Shown: positions 1-13,839 of the stretch, in pieces
Layout of the letters: the number at the start of each line of letters is the position of its first letter
Position numbering within the stretch: the first letter of the stretch is position 1
Assembly: GCF_009914755.1 (NCBI RefSeq)
Contig: NC_060935.1
Source: the human T2T-CHM13v2.0 reference genome, Homo sapiens
Reading direction: 5' to 3' (one strand)
Length of the DNA stretch: 64,000 nt
Translations under genes and position numbers: made by a program
Notes under the pieces: model-generated
What the model was told of the DNA's origin: nothing
The model's input: only the letters and a program-made list of their open reading frames with translations
The model's database searches: none

Positions 1-954
1 GCCACTACTCATAACAGGATCTGGGGTGGGGTTAAAGGGGAAGGATGAAGAACACTTAATATCAGAAAATGTCTGATGGGGAATCAGACACCTGTCACAT
101 GATCCATTGTTACTATGGTTACTGGGATGACAGCAGCTGCAGTGGCCTTCATTTATAACAGGAAGAGGGACCCCAGCCCAAGAAGAAGAGCTTGCCTTGT
201 GCCTCTTTCACACACAGTGAACCTATGGCAGAGCTAGGAATAGACCCCAGGGGATCCAAAGCCCAGTTGAGTGATCAGGACTCTGGGCTACCTTTGCTAC
301 CCAACCAGTCACCCTCATATATCTCATCAAAGATACGATGTTTGCTTCTTGGCTACTGATATGCAGACAGTGGCCTTTAATGACAAACCACAGAAAAAAG
401 GCATCACTAGGTTCCTTTGAAAAATGAGAGTATGCCTATTGGGAAAGGCAGTTAACTGAGTCAGCTGAGTGGATCAGTTAAGACAGTCTGAGGCTGGGAC
501 CCACAAATAATTGGAAGTGCTGAGGCCACATTTCTAAGAGCAGACAGAGCAAGATGCTTAGGAGGCATCTACGAGGCTGAGGGATGGATCTTTGAAGGTT
601 CCCCAGCCTCTTGATGAAATGTTCCCATTGTTATTTTGATCAATATTGTACATGTTAGATGTTTAAATATTCTGAATAATCACTCTGAACTTCTAAGGTA
701 CTAAAATGCTTTTATCTGGAGAAAAGGATTTCAAATATAGGAGGTTCTCTTATTTAGCAAACATTTGTGGTGTCTACATATGGTGCTATGCAGGAGGGAG
801 GAAAATATACCAGCGGAATAACTGAATTTTAACATTGCAACGATTTCAGATATCACCTGTGGAATCCTTTTATTTTACCAATAAGGAAAGGGAGATTCAG
901 AGACATCATGGCTTGCCCAAAGAGTAGGAGTTAATGACAACTGGGATGGTGTTT

Positions 955-1312
955 TAGGTCAGGGTAAACTGGATTCTGCTGCAGTAACAAATAACTCAAA
1001 ATGTCAGAGATGAACTCAATAAAAGCGTACATCTCCCTCCTTTCTCAATTGAAGGAGGGTCAGATGACTCATTTGGTCAGCTCTTCTCCAGTTGGTGACT
1101 CAGGAATCTGGGCTGCTTCTGTCTTGTGATTCCTTCACTTCCAGCCATGCAGGGAAGAGAAAGAGACTTGAGGACTACTTGTGGCATTCTAGAGGACATG
1201 GCTGGAAATGGAGGACACAGAGCACCCCATTCCACTGGCCAGAATTTGGTAACAGGACAAATGTAACAGCAAGAGAGGCTGGGAAATGCAGAGGAGAATG
1301 TGGAGATGTGTG
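955..1312 (-). mobile_element. MaLR LTR, old MLT1K/L-like
   Basis: 'gctgcagtaacaaataactcaaaatgtcag' and 'ccattccactggccagaa...gcaagagaggctgggaaatgcag' are typical antisense motifs of old MLT1 LTRs. Confidence 0.6.
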
Positions 1313-1739
1313 AGCAAAAGTACTCCTGCCACAGAAGCCAGAGCCTTGTCTAGTGTATATTTCTCTAATTTATTCACTCATTCAGCAGATGTGAGTTTCT
1401 ATGACCAGGTACTGTGCCAGGTGATACAGCAAAGAGAGTGAGTAAAACCAGGCATGGTCTCTCTTGCCATGGAAAGTTTATATTCCCATGGGGAAGACGG
1501 GTGCTCATCATTCATCACACGTGTCAAATTACAAATGTGATACAGGCTAAGAAGAAAAGGTGAATGTTAGAGACTTGACTTGTTCAGAAATATCACAGAA
1601 GGCTTCCTGGAAGAAGTAAGAATTGAGCTGAGGTGTTGAAGAATAGAGTTAACTCAGCAAAGAAAGAGGGGAGAGCGTGCCAGGCAGAACAACAGCATGT
1701 TCAGCGGTCCTGTGATGGAACAGCACAGTGGGGATGGAG

Positions 1740-1915
1740 CAGCGGTGGACTGACCAATCAGCTCTCCAGAAAAAAAAAATAGGATTTTTAGCATTTGTTG
1801 ATTTTTCTGGTATAAAGTAACCCCACCATGGTCGATTTCCAGCTACCAACAAATTCCTGAATATTTCCCATTGGCTCTTGTGAGCTTGGAGGAGCCAGTT
1901 TCAGCACACAACTAG
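1740..1915 (-). mobile_element. MER63A-like hAT-Blackjack MITE
   Basis: Reverse complement reads 'gtgtgctgaaactggctc...ttggtagctggaaatcgaccatggtgggg', as in MER63. Confidence 0.65.
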
Positions 1916-2047
1916 GAGAGTGTGACTGAGCCTGAAGGAAGAAACAGGGACCAGACAACAGGGCTCAGAGGCCATAGTGGAAAGCCATTGCATGTTTTTA
2001 GGCAAAGGAGTGTGATATAATCAGAATTGTGTTTTTAAAAGATTCCT

Positions 2048-2179
2048 GGCCAGGTGCAGTGGCTCATGTCTATAATCCCAGCACTTTGGGAGGCTGAGGT
2101 GGGCAGATTGCTTGAGTCCAGGAGTTCAGTATCACCCTGGGTAACATGGGGAAACCCTGTCTCTAAAAAAAAAAAAAAA
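2048..2179 (+). mobile_element. Free left Alu monomer (FLAM_C-like)
   Basis: Single Alu left arm ending in an A15 tail, flanked by TSD aaaagattcct (2037-2047 and 2176-2186). Confidence 0.85.
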
Positions 2180-3229
2180 GATTCCTCTGGCTAAAGTGTT
2201 GGAAGGATTGGGGAGGAACAAAGTGACAAAGTGGGTGCTGGTGGACTAAAGAGGAAGGCATAGCGGGCACCCAGGGAGAGAGGCCATGCTTCCCTTCAGG
2301 AATGAGGAGTTCATGGCAGGCTGAAATTGTTGACAGCAGAAGGAGAGGGCAGGTACAGTGTGGGCAAGTTACTTTTCCTCTCTGGCCCCCAGTTTTCATC
2401 TCTGTGCTGCTAGCTCTCTCATTTGATGACTTTGCAGGTTCTCCAAGCTGGACCATGACTGACTGGGTGTTCCCCAAGCCCAAGTCCCTTGCCAAAGGTG
2501 AGATGTGCAGGAGGAAGTTGCCTGGGATAAGGGGTGGAAATTCTGAGCCCCACAGCAGGTCTTGCAGAGCCCAGGAGAAAAGAGATACTGACAGTGAGGA
2601 GAGTAAGTAGCGCAGCTCAGTCCAGACCCAGGTGTGAGGTCCGCTCCCAGAACTCCTGTTGCTGATTCTGAGCAATTCTGGGCTGTATCTTAAGGCACAA
2701 AGGAGAAAGGGGAAAAAGAGACTGGGGGGGCCTGATCCAGAAATCCAAGTCTTTGAATAGCAGGAAACTCTTCTGGTGTTGCAGCAAATTAAAGTGTTAC
2801 TGTATTAACCACTAGGTAATCAGCTGCCCTGGAATGGACTTTTCAACAATGCAGGATTCTTTCAAATCCTAATTCCATCTCAGCACAAGATAAAGCCACA
2901 CGTTCTAGTGCTCATGGGCATGGCTCCTTGATTCCCTTCCATTTATTCTGAAGCTAATCTAAAGGCTCCAGTTGGTTCTAGGCTTCTGGAGTGTACAACA
3001 ATTACAAGACATCGTCTGAAGGATTTTGCCTGCCATATGAGAAGGAAGGTTAGCATTTTTTTTTTTTTTTTTCAGAAATGAGGTGCTTAACCTGGTGGGG
3101 CTCATGTGAATATAATAAAAGCAATTCTCTTTTCCAGAAGAATGTCTGAATGTTATATATATATAATTTCGTATGTAACTCTAAATTGTTCAAGGATCAT
3201 ATGATGCCTTGAACCGCAGATTAGAAGTT

Positions 3230-3460
3230 TCTAGAGTGGTTGAAAGAAGAGTGGACTTGAAATAAGAAGAAATGGGTTCAAATCCTTTGTCTTTGTGTGT
3301 ACTAAGCAGTGTGATTCATTGGCAAAGTAACCTTGATATTTTGGAGCCTTACTTTTCTTATTGGTAAAATAGGGGCAGTCATCTCTACTTTATAGGGATG
3401 TTGTGAGGATGGCCTAAAGCGTAGTGCTGTACAAATAACAGGATTCTCAATTAATGTTAA
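3230..3460 (+). mobile_element. MIR
   Basis: 'tgggttcaaatcc...gagccttacttttcttattggtaaaatagggg...gttgtgaggat' MIR core. Confidence 0.7.
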
Positions 3461-3671
3461 TTTTAAAATTCAAATGATCTCATTTGTTCCTGACCCTCTA
3501 ATTTCTTAATAAAGCATCTTGGCTTAGTGAAAATAGTGGGTATTGAAGTCCCACAGGTATGTGTTATTCTAGCTCTATTGCTTATTAGCTGGGAGTCTCT
3601 GGATGGACGAATTAGCTTAAACTGATTAAACTTTCATTTATTTGCAGAAAGTGGGTGATAAATGATTTGGA

Positions 3672-4133
3672 AATGTGGTTGCAATTATTCCCTTTCCTGT
3701 GTCCACACCCTTTTGCAATGTGACTTTGCAAAGAGGTTGAGTCTATTGATCCACTTCTTAATCTGGGCTGGCCTTGTGATTTGTTTTGGCTAATTGACTG
3801 TGGTGGAAGTCACATTGTGCCAAATTCTAAGCCTAGGTCTTGAGAGATCCTGGAAGATTCCATTCTCCATCATAGAATCCTGCCCAGCCACCATGTAAAG
3901 AAGCCCAAACTATCTTGTAGGAGGATGAGAGATTAAGTGAGCTTGTTATTCCCATGACCCCAACGCAAGCCAGTTCCCGGAATCAGAGCTCATGACTGAA
4001 TCCGGATAAAACTAGAAAACCCACCCCGCTGAGCCCAGCCAAAGAGCCAACCCACAGAAAAATGAGCTAAATTAAAATTATAAGTCATTTTAAGCCACTA
4101 AATTTTAGAGTGCTATGTGTCAAGGGCTGATAC
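3672..4133 (+). mobile_element. MaLR LTR (MLT1F/G/H-like) inserted into a MIR
   Basis: 'gcaatgtgactttgc', 'ctggccttgtgatttgttttggc', 'gctgagcccagcc', 'ttttaagccactaaatttt...tgataca'. MIR sequence resumes at 4134. Confidence 0.75.
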
Positions 4134-4369
4134 AAATGGGGAGATGATAGTCTCCTTGACAGGATTGCTGTGAAAATACGTAGCGCTAATTTCTGTAAGC
4201 GTAGGGCCTGGCACATGGAAGCTGCACAACAAATGGCTTGGATTATCATTCCTGGTTCCCAAAGGCAGTGTTACCAGTACTTCCAGCAATGCCTAATAGA
4301 TACACCAGCTCATTAACAATTGTACAAGAATCAATCTTACAGACTCCAACACTTGAGAAGGGTACAAAA

Positions 4370-5040
4370 TTAGTTCTCTGAACCAACCTCCACTCAACCA
4401 ACTTTCCAGATTGGCCCAAGCTATCCACTCCTTCTGGAGAACTTGCTGCCTGATGCCCTCAGCCTCTTCTCTCATTGCTCTTTTTCCCCCTCCAATGGAG
4501 TCGTCTACTCACTCAAAGAGTTAGTTGTGTCTGTCTCAGTATCTTTTTATGCCAGTTGATCTCATTATTGATTTATAGACTTTAATTAACTGATATGTAA
4601 ACTAATGACATAGAAGTATAAAGGAAAGTTAGTTCTGTGAGAACTAAGGTGAGTGCTTTGCAAAGACCCATTAGGGTAAGTTGCTTTTAGAACTGCTGTT
4701 AAAATAGATATGAGCAAGTTATCTGTAAAAGGTTGGGACAACTCACAAAATTCTAGAAGGACGCTGCCATCAGATTGCCAGGAAAGTGTCTCCAAGTTCT
4801 TCCTCTACTGCAGAGAATGCAGGACTGGAAATCATAAATGAGGCATCATGGATATGCACACAAGGTAACAGTGCTAACGTTTATTAAGTGCTTCCTACAC
4901 ATCAGGCTTGGCTCTGAGCATTTTGTCTGTACTAATGTATTTAGAAATTTAAAACGTTTTGACACAGAGTCTAATCATCAAAATTTGGGGAAACTAATGC
5001 AAACTATGATTTAGATTAAAATACAATGTTTAAAGTGTGT
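4370..5040 (+). mobile_element. Tigger-family DNA transposon fossil (Tigger15a-like)
   Basis: Decayed transposase N-terminus: 'gaaagttagttctgtgagaactaaggtgagtgctttg...aattctagaagga...ctggaaatcataaatgaggcatcatgg'. Confidence 0.55.
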
Positions 5041-5044
5041 GTCA

Positions 5045-5200
5045 TTTTGAACTTACAGAAGTATAACCTACAGATGAAAAGTGCATAGGTCATAAGCATA
5101 GCATGGTGGATTTTCAAAATGTGAACTCATCTGTTTACCCAGCGCCTAGATCAAAAAATATAATAATAGTCACATCCCCCAAATTCTTCATGTTTTGTTT
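5045..5200 (-). mobile_element. Old L1 (L1ME-like) 3' end
   Basis: 'aaaagtgcataggtcataag...ttttcaaaatgtgaac...agatcaaaaaata' L1M 3' UTR motifs. Confidence 0.6.
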
Positions 5201-5360
5201 CTAGGATTCCCCCATTTTAAACGGCATTTTTAGATAGACTGAGCAAGAATACTCTATGGCGGGGAGGAGGAACCACCAGCACTGCCCCACGAATTGGAAG
5301 ATGCTGCCACCCGGAGGATGTGGAGGGAAATGAATCCTCCCCTAGGTCTTGACTCCCAGT

Positions 5361-5692
<332 letters not shown>

Positions 5693-6010
5693 TGACTCCC
5701 AGACCTTTACCTCTCCCTATGAGGCCTTCTTTGCCCTTTATGTAAAATTACCAGCTCTCCACCCATTGTCCCATCGCTCCCTGTTCCCCATCGCCTTACT
5801 TTTTCAAACCCTTAGCACGTGTCATTATTTAATATTCCTTCTAATTCTCCTTACCTGTCTAATTTATCTTGCTGATGATCTGAGTTCCTCTTCTGGAATA
5901 GAGGCCCTAGGAAGGCAGGCGTAGGGCCTGAGTTGTCTAGCAGTGTATCTCCAGCCCTAGAGCAGTGCCTGGCACATCACAGCACTTCAATACATATGTC
6001 AAGTGGACAG
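5693..6010 (+). mobile_element. L2 3' end
   Basis: 'gtatctccagccctagagcagtgcctggcacat...ttcaatacatatgt' L2 terminus. Confidence 0.65.
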
Positions 6011-7703
6011 ACAGGAGCCCTGTCCCTGACCCACAGCCCTGCCCTGTGGGCCCTAACCCAAACCCTGAGGCTTCACTGCACCTTCACACACAGCCCCTTT
6101 GCAAGCTCACACCACTGCTCCCCTTCTCCCCATACCTTGTGGTGGTGGGGTGGGGGGGCAAAGGGAGAGTCCAGAAACCCCTGGCACTGTGTAAACTGCT
6201 CCAGGGCTGAAATGGGAGGAGCCGTGGCCAGAGCCCCTGGCCACTCTATCCTGTGTCATAGCCTGCGCTAGTGGCAGGCAAGCTGGAAACTCTCACTGTG
6301 TCGTGGTTAAGCCAGATCAGTCTACCCTCCAGTGAATTCGAGTTCCACAAAGGAACCAGCTGGGTGGCCTCTGACAATGCACTTTATCTTGGTGGGGCTC
6401 AGTTTTGCCATCCATTAAATGGAGAGAATGAAGTGATACAATGGGCATGATGTGGTTCACACAATGCCTGGCATGTGGTTGGCACTGTACTATTGGAAAT
6501 TATTACCACTATTTTGAAGGGTTAGGGCTGAAAGGAAACCTCAAGGTCCTATAGTCCAGGAGAGGCACTTTTCATTGTTATTTGAAAACTCCGCTATAGT
6601 TTTATGTGGGAATTCAGAATAAAAGACAGGGTGCTGTGATGGAAAGAAGGTGGGGGAAAGAATCCCCTGGGATCACTGCATCCCCGAGCCCTCCTCCCCA
6701 CTGTACACACCATCAGCCTCTAGGGACAGTCAGAGCCACCCCCAAAGCAGTGTGAGACCACCGATGGTGATCTACAGCCTCGTTTTACAGATGAGAACAC
6801 CAAGGTCAAGAGAGGAGATTTCTGAGCTGGCTCCCAGGCCTCCTGACTCTGTCTAGGGTTCACTTCAGGCTCTCTGCTACTTCCCAAGCCATTCATGGGT
6901 TTATTTCTCAGCTGGTTAGTGAAGGGCCCAAGGGGAAAGTGAGCTCTTTTCACCTTACTCAAATCAGGGTGGGCTTCCAGATGGAGCAGGAGGAATTTGG
7001 GAGACTTTTGACAAAGACTTAATAGCATGTTGGAGAAGGAATCTCAGACCCAAAATCAAACTGGTGAATTTGTGGAACTTTATAGGCAAAGCCAGGGCCA
7101 ATGTGGTGTCATGGAGCAGATACCAGAGGCAGTTGGGGAATTATTGTGAAAACAGAATCAAATAATCAGTGAGAAGTACTTTGAAGATTGCTTAAGTGCT
7201 AGATAAATGACAAGATGTTTATTGTAATCCATATCATCATTACACTTTATGTTAATCAACCGGCCTGGAAGTTAATTCTAATTAGGAAGAGATTCAACAC
7301 CATGAATAAACATTACTTGGAGTGGTCTGCAAAATGCTGATTTCCAGGCCCCAACTCAAGAGAGGCTGATTCAGGGATCACCCATGGGTCTAGTGTTGAA
7401 GATTAATAAAATCTGAACCTTCATCCTTTGCTCCAGTTCTGTCATAAAAACTGAGTTATTTATTTATTGCTCATAACACTAATGACATTTCAAGTCTTGG
7501 CCTCAAACTTTCAAGTGTTCATAATTAACATAAACGTCTCAGGAATGAACAAAGGCAACATTCCCTCTCTTTGACAGCTACAGTGAGAGTAAGTTCTTTT
7601 CATTTTTTATTTTTGCAAACAATCTGATTAGATGCAGTGTAAAACTGAGATCATTTGTGAGAACATCCATCTTAGTTTCTGTGCAAGATAGAGACATGTG
7701 GAA

Positions 7704-9445
7704 TGTGGCTGACTCTCTTCAGGGATGGCCGTGGATTCCTTCACTCCCTTTACATGGAGAGGCAGTGCCCAATTTCCCTCACTTTTGGTGCGAACTGGCC
7801 TTGGTGATTTGCTTGGCCAACAGAGTGTGGTAGAAGTGACGTTCTGAAACTTTCTAAACTAGTTCATAGGAAGCCTCTCAACTTCTGCCTGCCTGACCCC
7901 ACTGGCACCCTCACTCTGTGTGTTCTTTCTCAGAGTTCAGCTTCTTTTTTAAAATTTTTATTTTTATTTTTATTTTTTTGTGGGTAAATATTAGGTGTAT
8001 ATATTTATGGAGTAAATAAGATGTTTTGATATAATACAAGCATGCAATATGAAATAAGAACATCATGGAGAATGGGGTATTCATCCCATCAAGCATTTAT
8101 GCTTTCAGTTAGAAACAATCCAATTATGTTCCGTAAGTTATTTTAAAATGTGCTATTAAGTTATTATTCACTATACTCACCCTGTTGTGCTATCAGATAG
8201 TAGGTCTTATTCATTCTTTCTACTTTTTATGTACCCATTAACCATCCCCATCTCCTCCTTAATCCCCCACTACCCTTCCAAGCCTCTGGTAACAATCCTT
8301 TTACTCTATCTCCATGAGTTCAATTGTTTTGATTTTTGGATACCACAAATAAATGAAAACATGCCATGTTTGTCTTTCTGTGCCTGGTTTATTTCACTTA
8401 ACCATAATGATCTCCAGTTCCATCCATGTAAATGACAGGATCTCATTCTTTTTTATGGCTGAATAGTACTGCATTGTGTATATGTACCACATTTTCTTTA
8501 TCCATTCATCTGTTGATGGATCCTTAGGTTGCTTCCAAATCTTAGTGCTGTGAACAGTGCTGCAACAAACATAGGAGTGCAGATATCTCTTCCATATACT
8601 CATTTCCTTTTGGATATATACCCAGCAGTGGGATTGCTGGATCATATGATAGCTCAATTTTTAGTTTTTTAAGACACCTCCAAACTGTTCTCCATAGTGG
8701 TTGTACTAATTTACATCCCCATCAACAGTGTAGAAGGGTTCCCTTTCTCCACATCCTCACCAGCATTTGTTATTGCCTGTCTTTTGGATATAAGCCATTG
8801 TAACTGGGGTGAGATGATATCCCATTGTAGTTTTGGTTTACATTTCTCTGATGATCAGTGATGTTGAGTGCCTTTTCATATGCCTGAATGCCATTTGTAT
8901 GCCTTCTTTTGAAAAATGTCTAAAATGTCTATTCAAATTTTTGCCCATTGTTTGATCAGAGTATTAGGCTTTTGGTGTTTTGTTTTGTTTTGTTTTTTGT
9001 TTTTTGTTTTTTTCCTACAGAGTTGTTTGAGCTCCTTATATATTCTGGTTATTAACCCCTTGTCAGATGGGTAGTTTGCAACTATCTTCTCCCATTCTGT
9101 GGGTTGTGTCTTCATTTTGTTGATTGCAGGAACTCAGCTTCTATGTTCTCAGAATGCCAAGTACATGGTGAGGTATTGTATAGAAGCTTCAGTTGACAGC
9201 CTCAGCTGAACTTCTAGCCAACAGCCCCCACTAACTGCCTTATGAATGAGCCATCTGGTACATACAGCCCACTCTAGCCTTCAGATGACACCAACCCCTG
9301 CCACTATTTGAATACAACTGTCTGAGAGACTCCAAATGAAAACTGCCCAGATGAGCCCAGTCAATCCTCAAAATCATGAGGTAATTACACATTATAGTTG
9401 TAAACCACTAAGTTTTGAGACAGTCAATACATCCATTACCAAAAC
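7704..9445 (+). mobile_element. MLT1F/G-like LTR split by an L1MA insertion (pieces 7704-7943 and 9127-9445)
   Basis: 5' half 'ggccttggtgatttgcttggccaacagagtgtggtagaagtgacg'; 3' half 'ccttcagatgac...aactgcccagatgagcccagtcaa...aaccactaagttttg'. Confidence 0.75.
7944..9126 (-). mobile_element. L1MA (L1MA1/2-like), 5'-truncated 3' end
   Basis: Poly-T start; 'catcatggagaatggggtattcatcccatcaagcatttat'; ORF2 C-terminal remnants ([25 protein letters not shown]; [26 protein letters not shown]); degenerate TSD tcagcttct. Confidence 0.9.
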
Positions 9446-9677
9446 GTGTCAATATTTATGTCCCTGTTGCTAGTTTATTCTGTCTTCTGTTGATATAAAT
9501 CTATCTGCAGGAAAATAATCTGAATGAAAGGGTCTTATAAAATTCCTAAGACTTTAGAGATTATTGCTATGTCCTGGGAAAATAACCCTCAAAGAAAAAC
9601 CTGCAATTCTGACCAGCCATTTCCCTAGCAATAATGCTATAAAGGACATCTTGGTATTCTTAAAAAGTATAAATATT

Positions 9678-9997
9678 GGATGGGCGTGGTGGCTCACGTC
9701 TGTAACCCCAACACTTTGGGAGGCTGAGGCAGGCAGATCACCTGAGGTCAGGAGTTCAAGACCAGTCTGGCCAATGTGGTGAAACCCCGTCTCTACTAAA
9801 AATACAAAAATTAGTTGGGCATGGTGGCAGGCACCTTTACTCCCAGCTACTCAGGAGGCTGAGGCAGGAGAATCACTTGAACCCAGGAGGTTGCAGTGAG
9901 CCAAGATCGTGCCATTGCACTCCAGCCCAGACTACAAGAGCAAAACTCCGTCTCATTATATATATATATATAGATATATAGATATAGATATATATAG
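9678..9997 (+). mobile_element. AluSq/Sp-like with tail replaced by a (TA)n/(TATAGA)n microsatellite
   Basis: Full Alu body with 'caagagcaaaactcc', a small deletion before 'ttgcagtgag', and TA-rich repeat at 9955-9997. Confidence 0.9.
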
Positions 9998-10681
9998 TAA
10001 GATGCTCTGTCAAATCAGGGCAGGACTATTGGACTCTCTCACATACATGATCAGGGAGAAAAGCCTTTGGCTCTGTTAGACTTCTTATTTTAATAAATAA
10101 ATGAGGAGGGGTTTTTTTGCTTTTTGTTTTGTCTTTAAATTAAGATGGGAAATCGACGTTTTTTAACAAACTTCCCACATGCTGCTGGTGTGGATGGGCC
10201 ATGGAGCACAGTTTGAGAAGCATCAATAATTTGGCTGTGCCTCAAGAGGAGGGCAGGGCCTTGAGTTCTTTTTTTGCTTCCCCGGAACCAACTTTCTAGC
10301 GACACCTACCTGCCCTGCAGAAACTCCCCCCACTGAACTCCGAGGCTCTGTGGTGTGCAGGTGAGCCTGAACCAGCCCTGGCTCTGCAGACAAGCCTCGC
10401 ATGGGACCTCGGCAAAGTTACTTCCCCTCTAGGGGCCCCAGTTGCCTTAATTAACCCCATAGGGTTTTTGTAAGGATTGAGTTAACACAGGCAAAGTGCT
10501 TAGAACAGCAGCCATTGCATGTGAAAGGGCCTATGAATACTCGTTATTGTTGTTGTTAATCAGAGTTTTTCCGCCTTTCCCACCATATCTAGTAAGGGCC
10601 TGAGGGCATGAAGTGATAGTGGTGAACATGCACTTTCTTGCAAGTCTCTGTAGTTTTACCATTTTAACAAAATGAGTCTGA

Positions 10682-11284
<603 letters not shown>

Positions 11285-11869
11285 TCCACCATAGATTTTA
11301 TCAGCCCTGAAATAAAGTGTTTTAAGTCACACAAGGAGGAAAAACAAAAATTGGTCCTAGGTTTGTTTCTAAGGTTCCTGTTGCAGGCCCAGCACCCCTG
11401 TTTGAGATGCTCAGCTTTAAATTGCATATCTCTCTAGATAGCTCCCCATGCTTCCCAATGAAGCATCTCATTACATCTTCTTGATTGGCATTCTGGAGGC
11501 ACAGGTGAGGCAAACACACCTACAGAGTTATAGCGTGCATCCTGGCTAATAGGGCTGAGTCTGGCTTCCGACTGCCTGGGTTCCAATGCCAGCCACTCCA
11601 CTTAATAGCAATGACAATTTGCTGGATTTCTTTTAAGTCTCAGTTTCCTCATCTGTACTATGGGAGGGGGGCAGAAGGGAATAGCTATGTTATAAGGAAT
11701 AAGTTAGGTCATCTAACTTGCCTGGCAACAAAATAATATTGGCCCTAGTTAGGTGGGGTCCTGATGGTAAATACAGGAGCCCAGAGCTTGTCCAAGGCAC
11801 TCCCTTCAGTGAGCTCCCTGTTAACTGTATGTTAAGGGGTGTGTGCGTGCATGCGTGTGTCTCCTGGTT

Positions 11870-12098
11870 CAGAGGTTCTCACCTAGGGATAATGCTGCTC
11901 TCCAGGGGACATTTGACAACATCTGGAAAGAATTTTGATTGCCAAAACTAAGAGAGGGGGAGTTATCACTGGCATCTAGTTGGCGAAGGACAGAGATGCT
12001 GCTAAACATTCTACAGTGCACAAGACAGCGTCTTCAAACCAGCACAGAATCATCCACCCCCAAATGTCAGTAGTGCCAAGGTTAAGAAAGTCTACCCT
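11870..12098 (+). mobile_element. MER20 (hAT-Charlie)
   Basis: 'ccaggggacatttgacaacatctgga', 'ctggcatctagt', 'gatgctgctaaacattctacagtgcacaagacagc', 'ccaaatgtcagtagtgccaaggttaagaaa'. Confidence 0.9.
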
Positions 12099-12099
12099 G

Positions 12100-12235
12100 G
12101 TTAGAAAAGAAGCCCCACGAGAGCAGTGTCCATTATTCTTCTGTTCACTGCTGTATCCCCTGACCATAGCAGAGTGCTTGGTCCTCAAGAAATACTTGCT
12201 GAATGAATGAGTGATTGACATGAATGAGTGATAAT
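12100..12235 (+). mobile_element. L2 3' end
   Basis: 'tgttcactgctgtatcccc...aaatacttgctgaatgaatgagtga'. Confidence 0.75.
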
Positions 12236-12809
12236 CAAGATTCTTCGAAGGTAGAGACATCCATGGAGCTGGGTGAGCACAGGGTTTGTCTGTGGATCTG
12301 TTTCCCTCCCTGAAGAATCACTGAACCTTGGAGAGAGGGTCCCAAGGCTGGGTGAGATCCAGGATACAGGGCCTCTCTGGGGGCTGGATGGTGGATTGCA
12401 GGATCATGCAGTACACACCAGGCATACCATTCCAGGAAAGCAATCAGAAAACTCGGCCAGCAGCCGCCAAGAGTGGATACTCCCCTCAATGTCTCTTGGA
12501 GTCAGAGACCATGGGAGCCCTCCGGACCACAGGTATCTGGGAGTCAGGTACTTTGTTTGTACCTGACTCAGCCAGGATAGTTTGTCATCAGCAATTTTGA
12601 GTCATTTTGGTGGGGGCTGCAAAGCACTTAGAGTAAATCCTTTGAGGGCCTGTTGACAACAAAATAGTTCTTATTTCAGGGCCAATAATGCAATTCCCTT
12701 GCATCTCCTTTTTTAAGGTCATCATTCCCTGCCCTGGAAAATGCTATGTCCCAGTCCCAGCATTTCTGCAATTTTGAGAAGAAGGTCCACATCAGCAAAT
12801 TCCAGCAAC

Positions 12810-12988
12810 TCCCTGACTCTGGCCCCACATCCATTGGCTTCCCTGGTTCTGAGGCCTTTGGTCTTGGACAGAACCACCCTGCTGCCTTCCCTGGTTCTCC
12901 AGCTTGCAAGTGGCCTGTCGTGGGTCTTCTCAGTCTCCATAATCATATGAGCCAATTCCCCTAATAAATCCCTTCCTATATACCTATA
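12810..12988 (+). mobile_element. MLT2 (ERVL) LTR 3' fragment
   Basis: 'ccctggttctccagcttgca...tctcagtctccataatcatatgagccaattcccctaataaatc'. Confidence 0.8.
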
Positions 12989-13289
12989 AAATTTAAACAA
13001 TTGATATTGTAATAATCCATTCTTTTATTTAACCCCTTTAGTGGGGCATATCTTTCCTCATCTTTTTTTCCTAAGCAAAAGAATCACTAAATCCTCACTT
13101 CCTTGGAAAGCAAAAACCAACAAAACCAAATGAACCTAACTTAGGCCTTGCCACTCCTGCAATTAGGAAGGGACTTAGGTCAGAGTGTGTGGTGGAGACA
13201 CTTCGTTGGGAGGCAGGTGAAATGGATGACTTCCTTACCTAATATTTGTTTAGTACTTTGGCCTATGGAGGGCAGTGGAGTCTCTAACT

Positions 13290-13440
13290 GAGCTTAATTG
13301 TTATTGATGTTTAGTAAGCCATAAAACCCCAATTTCCTGCCTGCACCCCCAGCCATAAAATAACCATCTGCAGCAGCCCGTAAACACCCCCTGGTCACCA
13401 GGCTCCATTCGCAGCACCTGTGGAGCTGGTTAATGAGCAT
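13290..13440. promoter_or_regulatory. Candidate enhancer: posterior-HOX/CDX, FOX and homeobox motif cluster
   Basis: agccataaaa twice (13317, 13351), GTAAACA (13380), TTAATTG and TTAATGA in non-repeat sequence. Confidence 0.35.
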
Positions 13441-13839
13441 GAAGCCAAGGCCTCCTGGACAGTTCTTTCCTCCCCTCCTTTTTGCCTCAGTAGTTCCTCT
13501 GACCTGCTCCCCACCTGGGGCCTCCAAAGGCCTGGCTTTGCCACTGAGCAATGGCTGCAGCAGCAGCCCTGTACCCCAGGAAAGGCGAAGGGTCTGGGCT
13601 GGGAGCCAGTGGTCCCAAAGGCCTGATGTGCCTGGCCCTAAAAGTGGAGCATCAATCTTCTCCCTGAGCACACGAAGCTCAAGGGGCCCATCTCAGGGCA
13701 AAGGGAGAGCAGGAGCCCCGACCCCAGTAAACACCTCCTCCCAATGGACTAGGCCTTGCCGAGGGTGCAGCTGATGGCCTCAGTCTAGGAGGGCCCATTG
13801 CCATTGCTGTGAAAGGGCTCAGAAGCTGGGGCTCCACTT

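Larger units (their letters stand above)
1368..2400 (-). mobile_element. L2 3' fragment, interrupted by MER63A and a FLAM
   Basis: Starts with the L2 tail 'ttattcactcattcagcag', then 'ggcttcctggaagaagtaagaattgagctgagg' and 'ccaggcagaacaacagcatg'. Confidence 0.65.

Noticed and set aside
2163-2675. 170-aa minus-strand ORF
   Set aside because: Overlaps L2 and the Alu tail; no homology or splice context recognised.
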